Shown here one piece after another: positions 55,212 through 64,000 of a DNA stretch of 64,000 nt. Origin of the DNA: Chloroflexota bacterium (GTDB lineage: Bacteria; Chloroflexota; UBA11872). The stretch's first letter is position 1; every line of letters starts with the position of its first letter. Location of the stretch: contig OZ253558.1 in the NCBI GenBank assembly GCA_965262745.1, positions 1,858,494 to 1,922,493 on the forward strand. Direction: 5' to 3'. The position numbers and the translations under genes are program-made. The notes under the pieces are model-generated. The model had not been told where the DNA came from and made no database searches. It saw nothing but the letters and a program-made list of their open reading frames with translations.

Positions 55212-57530
55212 CTAAGGGATGCGGCGCTTGCGGCGAGTCTTTACGGGTGCGGCGGCCAACTTGGGCGGGGTGACCGCGGCGCCTTCCACATTCAGGTGAG
55301 GCAGCCAGCGCAGCGCCCGCGGCAGCCACCAGTTGCGAGTTCCCAACAGTTTCATCGAGGCCGGCACGACCACGGAGCGGATGAGCGTGGCGTCGATGAA
55401 GACGGCAACCGCGAGCCCAAAGCCGATCTGCTGAAATATGACCAGATCACCGGCGGCAAAGCCGCCGAACACGGCGACCATGATCAAGGCGGCACCGGTG
55501 ATGAGCGCGCCCGTCCGCCGCAGGCCGAAGGCCACCGACTCGGTGTTGTCGCCGGTGCGGTCGAAACGCTCGCGAATGCGGCTGAGCAGGAAGACGTGGT
55601 AGTCCATCGAGAGTCCGAACAGCACCGCAAAGAGCAGGATCGGGATCCAGGCCTCGATGGCGGTGACCTGCTGAAAGCCCAGCAAGTCGGCGGCGAAGCC
55701 CATTTGGGAGACCAGCACCATCAGGCCGTAGGCGGCGCCCACCGCCAAGAGATTCATGAGAATCGCCTTGGCCGGCACAACCAGCGAGCGGAAGACCACC
55801 ATCAGCAGGACGAAGCTGACGCTCAGGACGATCCCGAAGACCAACGGGGTGTACTGCCTGGTGACGTCGAAGTAGGCCACGTTCTGTGCCGAGACGCCGG
55901 TGACGAAGGCCTCGGCTTCGGCATCGGCCAGCGCCGTCGGAATAACGTCCGCGAGCAGGCGGCGGACGGCGTCGGCGCCGGCGTCGCTGGTGGGGTCCAC
56001 GACCAGCGGCACGGTGACGAGGGCGGCGGAGCCGTCGCGGCTGATTTCGAGTCGCGAGGGGCCGAAGTCGGGGTCGCCAGCGAGGGCCGTCCGCAGCCGG
56101 GCGATGGCCGCCTGCACGTCGGCGGCGTTGGTGTCTCCTTCGACAACGATTTGGGCCGGCGAGAGCAAGCCGCCGAGAAACTCGCGCTGCAGCATGAGCA
56201 CGCCGTCCCGGGCACGGGTTCCCGGCGGCAGGCTGGAAATGCTGGACGAACCGGTGTTGATGCCGATGTTGGGCACGGCGGCGGCCACGAGCAGGCCAAC
56301 GCCGATGACGAGGCTGACAATCGGGCGGCGCATGACCGCGTAGGCCAGACGGTCCCACAGGGGCCGGCCTCGCCGACGCTTGGCGGCAGCGGCAAGCCGC
56401 CCCATGAACGGGATGCGGAGCGCATCGACGCGGTCGCCCATGAGGCTGAGCACCGCCGGGAGCAGGGTGAGCGCGGCGAGCACGGCCGCGGCGACGACGA
56501 GGATCGCGCCGGCCGCCAGGTCTTGGAAGACGTTCACGGGAACGACCAGCAGCCCGAGCAGCGCCACGATGACGACCATGCCGCTGATGAGCACGGCGCG
56601 GCTGGCCGTGGCGCCCGCGACGGTGATGGCCTCAATCGTGTCGCGACCAGCACGGCGCTCCTCGCGGTAGCGCGAGACGACGAAGAGTGAGTAGTCGATG
56701 CCAACGGCCAAGCCCATCATCGTGATCATGTTGACCACGAAGAACGAGAGATCGAAGACCTGACCGACCAGCGCGGTAGCGCCCAAGGCGATGACGATCG
56801 CGACGGCGGCGAGCACGATTGGGAGCAGTGCCGCCGCAAAGGCGCCAAAGACCAGGACGAGGATGAGAAAGGCGATCGGCAGTGCGACCAACTCGCCCTT
56901 TTGCAGGTCGCGCTCAGCGATGTCCTGGAAGTCCTGGCCACCGGTGGCGCGGCCGGTCACGAAGGTCGTGAAGCCGTCCGCCTCGGCCGCGGCGTCGACC
57001 ACCGCATGGAGCTGGTGGACGTTGACGATGGCCTCCGCCAGCTCGCCGGTCATGAGCACGGGCAGCAGCAGCGATTGCCGGTCCTGCGATACCAGCGAGG
57101 GATCGCCGATTTGGTAATAGCTGACCACGCCCTGGACCGTTGCCGGGCCCAGGGCGGTGATGTCGGCGTGCAGTTGCTCGACCAAGGCCCGATAGGAGGG
57201 CTCATCCACGGTGCTGGCCTCGGCCTGCACGATCACGAGCTCGGTGCTGCCGTGCGGATGGTCGAACCGCTCGTCGATGATCTGCTCGGCAATGGCGTAT
57301 TCGGGGTTGTTCGAGGCCCGCTGGACGGTGGTGAGCGCGCCGCCCAACTGCGTCGCGACCAGCGTGCTGGCGGCCGCGAGGGTGATCGCCCAAATTGCGA
57401 CCGTGCGCCAGGGATGGCGCGCGCAGTCGGCGGCGAGACCTCCCAGCGAGAGCGCGGGGAAGCGCGGAACGTCACCTTCGCGCAGCAGCTTCCAGAGCTG
57501 CGCGCCGTGGCGCCGCAGGAACTGCCTCAT
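55212..57530 (-). CDS. MMPL family (RND superfamily) transporter
   Basis: 772 aa with two 6-TM bundles, each preceded by a large soluble loop, and the conserved GIDYSLF / GLSMDYHVFL segments. Confidence 0.85.
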   Translation of the reverse strand: MRQFLRRHGAQLWKLLREGDVPRFPALSLGGLAADCARHPWRTVAIWAITLAAASTLVATQLGGALTTVQRASNNPEYAIAEQIIDERFDHPHGSTELVIVQAEASTVDEPSYRALVEQLHADITALGPATVQGVVSYYQIGDPSLVSQDRQSLLLPVLMTGELAEAIVNVHQLHAVVDAAAEADGFTTFVTGRATGGQDFQDIAERDLQKGELVALPIAFLILVLVFGAFAAALLPIVLAAVAIVIALGATALVGQVFDLSFFVVNMITMMGLAVGIDYSLFVVSRYREERRAGRDTIEAITVAGATASRAVLISGMVVIVALLGLLVVPVNVFQDLAAGAILVVAAAVLAALTLLPAVLSLMGDRVDALRIPFMGRLAAAAKRRRGRPLWDRLAYAVMRRPIVSLVIGVGLLVAAAVPNIGINTGSSSISSLPPGTRARDGVLMLQREFLGGLLSPAQIVVEGDTNAADVQAAIARLRTALAGDPDFGPSRLEISRDGSAALVTVPLVVDPTSDAGADAVRRLLADVIPTALADAEAEAFVTGVSAQNVAYFDVTRQYTPLVFGIVLSVSFVLLMVVFRSLVVPAKAILMNLLAVGAAYGLMVLVSQMGFAADLLGFQQVTAIEAWIPILLFAVLFGLSMDYHVFLLSRIRERFDRTGDNTESVAFGLRRTGALITGAALIMVAVFGGFAAGDLVIFQQIGFGLAVAVFIDATLIRSVVVPASMKLLGTRNWWLPRALRWLPHLNVEGAAVTPPKLAAAPVKTRRKRRIP

Positions 57531-57958
57531 CGATCCGCCGCCAGGCCGCGCTCGATCAGGTTTGATGCCAACTAGGTCCTGTCTACGCCAACGTCGAGCG
57601 TTGCTGGCGCGCGCGGCGATGTGGCATACCGCGAGGGGTGCCTAAAGCTTGGTCCGCACGAACTGCTCTCGCCGTGGAGGCAGTTCCCGCCCCGTACAGC
57701 CATGCTCGGCGATGTGCAAGATCGCATGGAGCCGGTGCAGGTCTTGAGCGGCGGACATTGCCGCGTGCTAGGCGTAGCTAGTGTGTGGCCCGTTCGGGCT
57801 GCGCCTGTGTGAGTTCCACGACGCCATGGCGGGACGCATTCCCACTTGCGTGACCAGACCTACATTGCGGGCGGCAACAGGCCTCCCGCGGCGCACCAAG
57901 GTGAGCCGCGGGACGTGGCACGCTGGGGTTGAGCCTGGGGTACGGCGGGAGACGGCGC

Positions 57959-58780
57959 ATGGGAATTGAACTGGGTGGTCACCTCTTCAGCACACCGCAC
58001 TGCACGGTCGAGGAATCGGCGCGCATCTGGCATGCCCTGGGCGTGCGAGTGATGGACATCGGCAACGGACGCGATCTGGACCCGGACTACGTGGCTCAGA
58101 ACGTGGACGCCGAAGCCGAGCGCATCCGAGCCATTGGCGAGGCGGTTGGTATGCGATTTCACGACGCCTTTCCCCAGGCCACGGACAAGCACATCACCAA
58201 TACGCCCGATCCGGCCGAATACGAGCACCAGCGGGAGGTCGACGCGGCGTGGATCGAGTTCGCCGCGAAAGTTGGGATGGACGGCGTGACGCTCAGTCCA
58301 GGCATCTATTGGCCCGGCTTGACGGTTGAAGAGGCCTACGTGCGTTCGCGCGAGCAGCTGCGGGCGCTGGTGGACGTGGCCGCGCGGCACGACGTCAACC
58401 TGCGGATCGAGCCGCACGTGGACAGCGTGACCTGGAGCCCGGAGCTGGCGCTGCGGATGCTGGACGACGTGCCGGGCCTTTCGTTCACCCTGGATCACTC
58501 GCACTTCGTGTTTCACGGCATGCCGTATGAGCAGATCGCTCTGATGCATCCGCATGGGACGCACTGGCACGTGCGCCAGGCGTCGCTGTCGAAGCTGCAA
58601 GCGCGCATGGACGAGGGAACCATCGACTTCGCGCGGATCGTGGCGGACCTTAAGCGGGACGGCTACGACGGAGTGATGGCGCTGGAGGTGGTGACCACGC
58701 CGTGGTTGGATCTCAATCAGATGGACGTGCTGACGGAGACGATTCTGCTTCGAGACCAGATGCGGGGGTTGTTGGCTTAG
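57959..58780 (+). CDS. Sugar phosphate isomerase/epimerase (TIM barrel) family protein
   Basis: General family resemblance (LRIEPH, TLDHSHF, ALEV). Start taken at MGIELGG. Confidence 0.6.
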   Translation: MGIELGGHLFSTPHCTVEESARIWHALGVRVMDIGNGRDLDPDYVAQNVDAEAERIRAIGEAVGMRFHDAFPQATDKHITNTPDPAEYEHQREVDAAWIEFAAKVGMDGVTLSPGIYWPGLTVEEAYVRSREQLRALVDVAARHDVNLRIEPHVDSVTWSPELALRMLDDVPGLSFTLDHSHFVFHGMPYEQIALMHPHGTHWHVRQASLSKLQARMDEGTIDFARIVADLKRDGYDGVMALEVVTTPWLDLNQMDVLTETILLRDQMRGLLA

Positions 58781-58833
58781 CCGGGCGCCGGGGTTGGGTC
58801 TTTGTTACCCACGGCCGGTGGTCGAGAACCATA

Positions 58834-58882
58834 GATTCCTCGCCTGCGGCTCGGAATGACAGGGTTGGGTGGCTCGGAATGA
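58834..58882. repeat. Family B-related repeat (GATTCC...CTCGGAATGAC x2)
   Basis: gattcctcgcctgcggctcggaatgacagggttgggtggctcggaatgac read directly from the sequence. Confidence 0.7.
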
Positions 58883-58917
58883 CCGATCAGGTGATCCGAG
58901 CGTGAGGCCGGGGTCCG

Positions 58918-58948
58918 TTCCCGGGCTGCACGCACCCCGGGCCACCGG
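58918..58948. repeat. Family A palindromic intergenic repeat copy (divergent)
   Basis: ttcccgggctgcacgcaccccgggccaccgg; same length, same ends and same orientation as the other copies. Confidence 0.75.
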
Positions 58949-59001
58949 ACACACGAACCTCGGTGATGGCTGGCATGCTTCTATGCCGCATAGATTCCCT
59001 A

Positions 59002-60027
59002 GATTCACAAACGAAGTGCAACACCTCATTAGGGTGTTGCCATGGAACGACGCTATTCGCACCTCACCATTGAAGACCGCTGTGCCGTGGCCCGACGCCA
59101 CGCCGCCGGGGCCTCGATCCGCCAAATCGCGGCAAGTCTGGATCGCGCGCCATCGACGATTGCTCGGGAGCTGAGCCGCAATGGATCGCGCACCCAGGGC
59201 TATCAACCGCGCTACGCCGACCAGCAGGCCCGCGCGCGCCGCTGGCGCGGGCCCCGGCTCGACCGCGATCCCACCCTGCGCCGCCAGGTCCTCACCCGCC
59301 TCCAACAGGGCTGGTCGCCCGAGCAGGTGGCCGGCCGTCTGGCCCGCGAGGCCGGCCGGCCCGTCATCTCCCACGAATCCATCTACCGCTTCATTGACGC
59401 CCAGATCCGCCGCACGAAGGACTATGCCTGGCGTCACTATTTGCCGCGGGCCAAGTTCAAACGGGGCCGGCGGGGGCGCAAGGGCGGCAGCTCCGCCTCC
59501 TTTATCGCCCACCGTCGTCCCCTCGTCGACCGCCCAGCCCTCGCCGCGGACCGCCAGACCCCCGGCCACTGGGAGGCCGACCTCATGCTCTTCCGCACCT
59601 ACGGCCAGGCCGTCCTCACCCTCCACGAACGCCACTCCCGCCTGCTCCTCGCCGTCCGGCCCCCCGGCAAAGCCGCTGCCCCCATCGCCCGCGCCTTGTC
59701 CCGGCTCCTCGCACCCTTACCGCCCCCCTGGCGCCAAACCGTCACCTTCGACAACGGCACCGAGTTCGCCCGCCACCACCAGCTGCACGCCCGCGGCATC
59801 CAGACCTTCTTCTGCGACCCCCACGCCCCCTGGCAGAAGGGCGGCATCGAGAACGCCATCGGGCGCCTGCGCCGCACCCTGCCCCGCAAGACCGATCTCG
59901 CGAGCCTCCCGGCCGCTCGGTTCACCCAGCTCGTGCAGGCCTACAACAACACGCCACGCAAGTGCCTCGGCTACCAGACCCCCGCCGAGGTGTTTTGGGA
60001 TCATCTGTTGCACTTGGAATGTGAATC
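59002..60027 (+). mobile_element. IS30-family insertion sequence (IR-bounded, about 1.03 kb)
   Basis: Terminal inverted repeats gattcacaaacgaagtgcaaca (59002-) and tgttgcacttggaatgtgaatc (-60027) match at 19/22 positions by hand alignment. They enclose the IS30 transposase ORF. Confidence 0.8.
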
Positions 60028-60058
60028 CACCTTCCCGCTTTCGGAGACCTTTGCGTAA
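59042..60058 (+). CDS. IS30 family transposase
   Basis: N-terminal HTH (IRQIAASLDRAPSTIAREL) and a DDE triad context: HWEADLM, TFDNGTEF, WQKGGIEN. The stop lies 31 nt beyond the right IR. Confidence 0.9.
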   Translation: MERRYSHLTIEDRCAVARRHAAGASIRQIAASLDRAPSTIARELSRNGSRTQGYQPRYADQQARARRWRGPRLDRDPTLRRQVLTRLQQGWSPEQVAGRLAREAGRPVISHESIYRFIDAQIRRTKDYAWRHYLPRAKFKRGRRGRKGGSSASFIAHRRPLVDRPALAADRQTPGHWEADLMLFRTYGQAVLTLHERHSRLLLAVRPPGKAAAPIARALSRLLAPLPPPWRQTVTFDNGTEFARHHQLHARGIQTFFCDPHAPWQKGGIENAIGRLRRTLPRKTDLASLPAARFTQLVQAYNNTPRKCLGYQTPAEVFWDHLLHLECESTFPLSETFA

Positions 60059-61234
60059 TTCCAGGGCCGGGGCGGAAAATCGGGCGTTGCCGTCCTGACG
60101 ATTGGGGAGTGGTCGAATGCACCGCGATATGGGCCAGCCGTCGCTGGCGGAAGTGTTGGTGTCGGAGACCCTCGGCCAGAACCAGCGGCTGGAGCGAATC
60201 GCCGCCGCGGTGGACTGGGACCGGCTCGGTCAAGTGGTGGCCGGCGTGCACGCGGCACCGCGCGGGCGGCCCAGTTATCCGCCGCTGTTGATGGTCAAGG
60301 TGCTGCTGCTCCAGCAGTGGTACACGCTCTCGGATCCCCAGCTGGAAGAGGCGCTCGGCGACCGGCTCTCCTTCCGGCGCTTTGTGGGGCTGGGGCTGCA
60401 AGACGACACGCCCGACCACTCGACCATCAGCCGCTTTCGGGCCGCCTTGGAGGTCCAAGAGCTCAGCGCGCCGTTGTTCACGGAGGTGGCGGCCCAACTG
60501 GACGCGCAGGGCTTGGTGCTGAAGCAGGGCACGCTGTTGGACGCCACGCTGGTGGCGGCCCAGGTGCGCCGCCCGCCGCTGGCGGCGGGGCGCGGCGCGC
60601 GGAGTGCCACCGACCCGGAGGCGGCCTGGACGCAGACGGGGCGGGGCGGCCGGTCGCACTTCGGCTACAAGGTGCATCTGGGGGTGGACGCCGACACGGG
60701 GGTGGTGCGGCGGGCGGCGTTGACCCCCGCCAACGTCTACGAGAGCGAGGTGGCCGACGCGTTGGTGAGTGGGGACGAGCAGGCGATCTATGGCGACCGG
60801 GCGTATGAATCCAACCGCCGGCGCCAGTGGCTGCGGGCCCAGGGGATCAACGACCGGATCATGCACCGCTCCCACAAGCATCAGCGGGCCCTCCCCTACT
60901 GGCAGCAGCGGCGCAACGCCCTCATCGCGCCCCGCCGGGCGTTGGTGGAGAAGGTCTTCGGCACGCTCAAGCGCAGCTATGGCTACCAGCGGGTCCGCTA
61001 CCGCGGCCTGGGGCGCAACGCCGTGGAGCTGTGGTTCAAGCTCATGGCCTACAACCTGCGCAAAGCGGACACCTTGGCCTGGGGCGCCGCCTGACCCCGG
61101 GCGCGGTGCGCCTCGGGCTGGCGTGATCTCCGCCCCAGCGCGGCGGCGGAGGCGCGCTGGGGCAGCTGCGCCAGCTCCCGCGCCCCGTCGGCAGCCCTCC
61201 CCACGGGCCATCCCCCAATTATTCAAAGGTCTCC
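60043..61234 (+). mobile_element. IS5-family insertion sequence (about 1.19 kb)
   Basis: Inverted repeats ggagacctttgcgtaatt (60043-) and aattattcaaaggtctcc (-61234), 16/18 matching. Possible 3-bp direct repeat TTC (60040-42 and 61236-38). Confidence 0.8.
60129..61094 (+). CDS. IS5 family DDE transposase
   Basis: MGQPSLAEVL..., PLLMVKVLLLQQWYTLSDPQLEEAL (DUF772-type N-terminus), DATLV, YGDRAYES, and ERVFG-like VEKVFGTLKR. Confidence 0.88.
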   Translation: MGQPSLAEVLVSETLGQNQRLERIAAAVDWDRLGQVVAGVHAAPRGRPSYPPLLMVKVLLLQQWYTLSDPQLEEALGDRLSFRRFVGLGLQDDTPDHSTISRFRAALEVQELSAPLFTEVAAQLDAQGLVLKQGTLLDATLVAAQVRRPPLAAGRGARSATDPEAAWTQTGRGGRSHFGYKVHLGVDADTGVVRRAALTPANVYESEVADALVSGDEQAIYGDRAYESNRRRQWLRAQGINDRIMHRSHKHQRALPYWQQRRNALIAPRRALVEKVFGTLKRSYGYQRVRYRGLGRNAVELWFKLMAYNLRKADTLAWGAA

Positions 61235-61274
61235 GTTCGCGGGAATGACGGCCATTGAGGGGTCGAGCCGCCGT

Positions 61275-62036
61275 CTAGACCGGCTTGCCGCCGTGGACCA
61301 TGAGCACCTGGCCGGTGGCGAGGCGGTTGTGGAGCACGAAGCCCATGATGGCGTCGGCCACGTCTTCGGGCTCGCAGATGCGCTGGAGATAGGTCCCCGT
61401 GCGCGCCCGCTCACGGTTGTTGACCGCGTATGACGGGTCGGGATGGTCGAAGTGCCACTCGGTATTGATGAAACCCGGCGCGACGCAGTTGACCCGCACC
61501 TCGGGGGCCAGCGCCCGCGCGAGCGTGCGGGTGAGGCTGTGCACCGCGGCCTTCGAGGCGCAATAGGGGATCGAGCTGCCGGAGTCGCCGATGCCGGCGA
61601 CGGAGCCCACGTTGACCACGATGCCATCGCCGCCGGCACGCAGGTGCGGCGCGGCGGCTCGGGTGACGTCGAACAGCCCCTGGACGTTGGTGGCGAAGAT
61701 GACCTGCCAGGCTTCGTCGGCCACGCCGTCGAGGTCGTCGATGTCGGTGAAGCGGGTGGTCGCCGCGTTGTTGATGAGGATGTCGAGGCCGCCCAGCGCG
61801 GCAACGGCATCGGCAACGAGCGAGCGCGCGTCGTCCGGCGAGCTGACATCCGCCGCAATAGGCACGGCGGTGACCCCGTGCGATTGCGCTTGCGCCACCA
61901 CTTCGTCGGCGCGGTCCTTCGAACGCACGTAGTTCACGGCGACGGAGGCGCCGCGCTCGGCCAACATCTTGACCGTGGCGGCGCCGACGCCGCGGCTGCC
62001 TCCGGTGACCAGGGCGCGTTTGCCACTGAGCGTCAT
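61275..62036 (-). CDS. SDR family oxidoreductase
   Basis: [18 protein letters not shown], catalytic YCASKAAV. Confidence 0.85.
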   Translation of the reverse strand: MTLSGKRALVTGGSRGVGAATVKMLAERGASVAVNYVRSKDRADEVVAQAQSHGVTAVPIAADVSSPDDARSLVADAVAALGGLDILINNAATTRFTDIDDLDGVADEAWQVIFATNVQGLFDVTRAAAPHLRAGGDGIVVNVGSVAGIGDSGSSIPYCASKAAVHSLTRTLARALAPEVRVNCVAPGFINTEWHFDHPDPSYAVNNRERARTGTYLQRICEPEDVADAIMGFVLHNRLATGQVLMVHGGKPV

Positions 62037-62163
62037 TGCAGGAACTCCTTCGATCCGCCTGTCCGATCGGCATGGTACGCGCCCGCCGTTGGCGGCAGGC
62101 CCGTCGCCGGGTGAGAATCAAGCGCCGCCCGGACAGTCTCGCGGCCCAGCAACGGACTCCACC

Positions 62164-64000
62164 GTGCCCAATCGCCTAGCCGCCGAAACCAGTCCCTATC
62201 TGCTGCAACACCAGCACAACCCGGTGGATTGGTTTCCATGGGGCCCGGAAGCGCTGGCCCAGGCGCGCGCCGAGTCCAAGCCGGTGTTTCTGAGCATCGG
62301 CTACGCGGCCTGCCACTGGTGCCACGTGATGGAGCACGAATCGTTCGAGGACGATGCGACGGCGGCGTATCTCAACGAGAACTTCGTGTCGATCAAGGTT
62401 GACCGCGAGGAGCGGCCGGACCTGGATCAGATCTACATGAACGCGGTGACGGCGATCACCGGGCACGGTGGCTGGCCGATGACCGTATTCCTGATGCCTG
62501 ACGGGCGTCCGTTTCATGGCGGCACCTACTTTCCCCCTGAGCCGCGCTACGGCATGCCGTCGTTCCAGCAGTTGCTGGAGCAGGTGTACGAGGCGTGGGT
62601 GATCCGCCGCGAGGACCTGGACAACGGGGCGCAGCAGCTCGTCGAGGCGCTGCAACGCGTGCAAGTCGGCGCGTCGGCGAGTGAGCTCACCGAGCGGGCG
62701 CTGAGCCAGGCCAGCAGCGTGCTGGCGGCGAGTCACGATCGTCAACACGGGGGCTGGGGCACGGCGCCGAAGTTCCCGCAGCCGATGGCACTCGAGTTCC
62801 TGCTCCGGCGGCACGTCGCTACGGGTGAAGGGCTGTTGCTGGATGTCGTTGAGCGCTCGCTTACCAAAATGGCGCGCGGTGGCATCTACGACCATCTGGG
62901 CGGCGGCTTTCACCGCTATAGCGTTGACGCCGAGTGGCTGGCGCCTCACTTCGAGAAGATGCTGTACGACAACGCGCAGCTCGCTCGCGTGTATCTGCAC
63001 GCCTGGCAGGTGACCGGCAATTCGGAATACCGGGAGGTCGTCGAGGCGACGCTCGACTACGTGGGGCGCGAGATGACGCACCCGGCCGGCGGATTCTTCA
63101 GCACCCAGGACGCCGACTCGGAAGGCGAGGAGGGCAAGTTCTTCGTCTGGTCCATCGATGAGGTGGACGAGCTACTGGGCGACGACGCGCCGCTCTTCCG
63201 CGACGCGTATGACGTGTCGCGGAACGGCAACTGGGAGGGCAAGACCATTCTGCGGCGGGTGCGCGACGCCGACGTGGTGGCGTCGATGCACGGTCTCGCG
63301 GTTGACGATGTCGAGCCGCGGCTGGCGGCAGGGCGTGCGGCACTGCTCATGCGGCGCGAGCACCGCATCCGGCCCGGGCTGGATGACAAGGTGCTCACGG
63401 CGTGGAACGGCCTGATGCTGGCGACGCTGGCCGACGCGGCCCGGGTGCTGGATCGCGCCGACTACCGCGACATGGCGGTCGGGGCCGGCGAGTTTGCGCT
63501 GCGCGAGCTGCGCCGTCCCGATGGCCGGCTCTGGCGCACGTGGCGCGATGGGCGGGCCAAGCTGAACGGCTATCTTGAGGACTATGCCTACCTCGCGTCC
63601 GGCCTGGTGGAGCTCTACCAAACGACGTTCGATCCCCGGTGGTTCACGGCGGCGCGCGAGCTGGCCGACGCCATGCTCGGGCACTTCGCCGATCCCGCCG
63701 GGGGGTTCTTCGACACGAGCGACGACCACGAGACGCTGATCGCGAGGCCGAAAGACGTGCAGGACAACGCGACGCCTTCGGGAAACGGGATGGCGGCGAC
63801 CGTGCTGGCGCAGCTTGCCGCCCTGACGGGCGAGCCGCGATATGCCGACGCGGTTGCGCAGGCTCTGCCGCTCGTGGGGCGATTCGCCGCCGAGCATGCC
63901 GCCGGATTCGGGCAGTGGCTGTGCGCGGCCGACTTCGCGCTCGCGGGCGCGCACGAAGTCGCCATCGTGGGCGACCTCGACGATCCGGGGACGCGCGAAC
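62164..64000 (+). CDS. Thioredoxin-domain (DUF255) protein, YyaL/SSP411 type, with a six-hairpin glycosidase-like C-terminal domain (3-prime partial)
   Basis: Not in the ORF track because it has no stop in the window. My translation from the GTG at 62164 gives [61 protein letters not shown]...[12 protein letters not shown]... and stays open to nt 64000. Confidence 0.85.
   Translation, partial: MPNRLAAETSPYLLQHQHNPVDWFPWGPEALAQARAESKPVFLSIGYAACHWCHVMEHESFEDDATAAYLNENFVSIKVDREERPDLDQIYMNAVTAITGHGGWPMTVFLMPDGRPFHGGTYFPPEPRYGMPSFQQLLEQVYEAWVIRREDLDNGAQQLVEALQRVQVGASASELTERALSQASSVLAASHDRQHGGWGTAPKFPQPMALEFLLRRHVATGEGLLLDVVERSLTKMARGGIYDHLGGGFHRYSVDAEWLAPHFEKMLYDNAQLARVYLHAWQVTGNSEYREVVEATLDYVGREMTHPAGGFFSTQDADSEGEEGKFFVWSIDEVDELLGDDAPLFRDAYDVSRNGNWEGKTILRRVRDADVVASMHGLAVDDVEPRLAAGRAALLMRREHRIRPGLDDKVLTAWNGLMLATLADAARVLDRADYRDMAVGAGEFALRELRRPDGRLWRTWRDGRAKLNGYLEDYAYLASGLVELYQTTFDPRWFTAARELADAMLGHFADPAGGFFDTSDDHETLIARPKDVQDNATPSGNGMAATVLAQLAALTGEPRYADAVAQALPLVGRFAAEHAAGFGQWLCAADFALAGAHEVAIVGDLDDPGTRE

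Noticed and set aside
55296-56690. 464-aa plus-strand ORF
   Set aside because: It is antisense to the MMPL transporter. It is extremely rich in Asp/Glu/Arg/Gly/His, with no hydrophobic core, which marks it as a shadow frame.
59922-61226. 434-aa minus-strand ORF across the IS5 element
   Set aside because: It is antisense to a well-recognisable IS5 transposase, has Arg/Pro/Gly-rich composition, and starts outside the IS boundary.
62176-63954. Two minus-strand ORFs (301 aa and 260 aa)
   Set aside because: They are shadows of the plus-strand DUF255/YyaL gene, which runs off the window end.

Overview
Very GC-rich bacterial chromosomal segment (sampled 60-nt lines are about 70% G+C), densely coding on both strands, with roughly 55 supportable genes. 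I found no rRNA and no CRISPR array. Because of the GC content, most long ORFs in the six-frame track are antisense shadows of real genes. Housekeeping anchors are lhr (5-prime end cut by the window edge), tRNA-Cys(GCA), dnaE, rpsF-ssb-rpsR, mnmG, a rodZ-like gene plus pgsA, and an mrfA/mrfB-like helicase-exonuclease pair. The rest is a paralog-rich set of oxidoreductase, catabolic and transport genes: 4 SDRs, 3 Gfo/Idh/MocA, 4 PhyH-type Fe/2OG dioxygenases, 2 HpcH aldolases, 2 TIM-barrel isomerases, an enolase-superfamily enzyme, MmsA, a DSD1-type PLP enzyme, a DapA-family lyase, 2 MFS and 1 MMPL. Points worth a second look: (1) a low-GC islet at 36.4-37.3 kb encodes a secreted, membrane-anchored protein whose mature N-terminus (Cys-Ser-Cys...) and four Cys positions match the N-domain of animal TIMPs. 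(2) Directly next to it, three PhyH dioxygenase genes are tandemly duplicated with their spacers (unit about 1.33 kb), followed by a fourth, divergent PhyH gene. (3) A translationally coupled operon of four unrecognisable membrane-associated proteins (23.5-27.6 kb) sits upstream of rodZ/pgsA. (4) Two families of short palindromic intergenic repeats occur in the window, and an IS5-family element has inserted into the loop of one copy, directly abutting an IS30-family element. (5) The conserved N-terminal CxxC of a family-5 uracil-DNA glycosylase lies upstream of any canonical start codon. Taxonomy is not determinable from here. The gene content is compatible with a high-GC Chloroflexota- or Actinomycetota-like organism, but that is only an impression.
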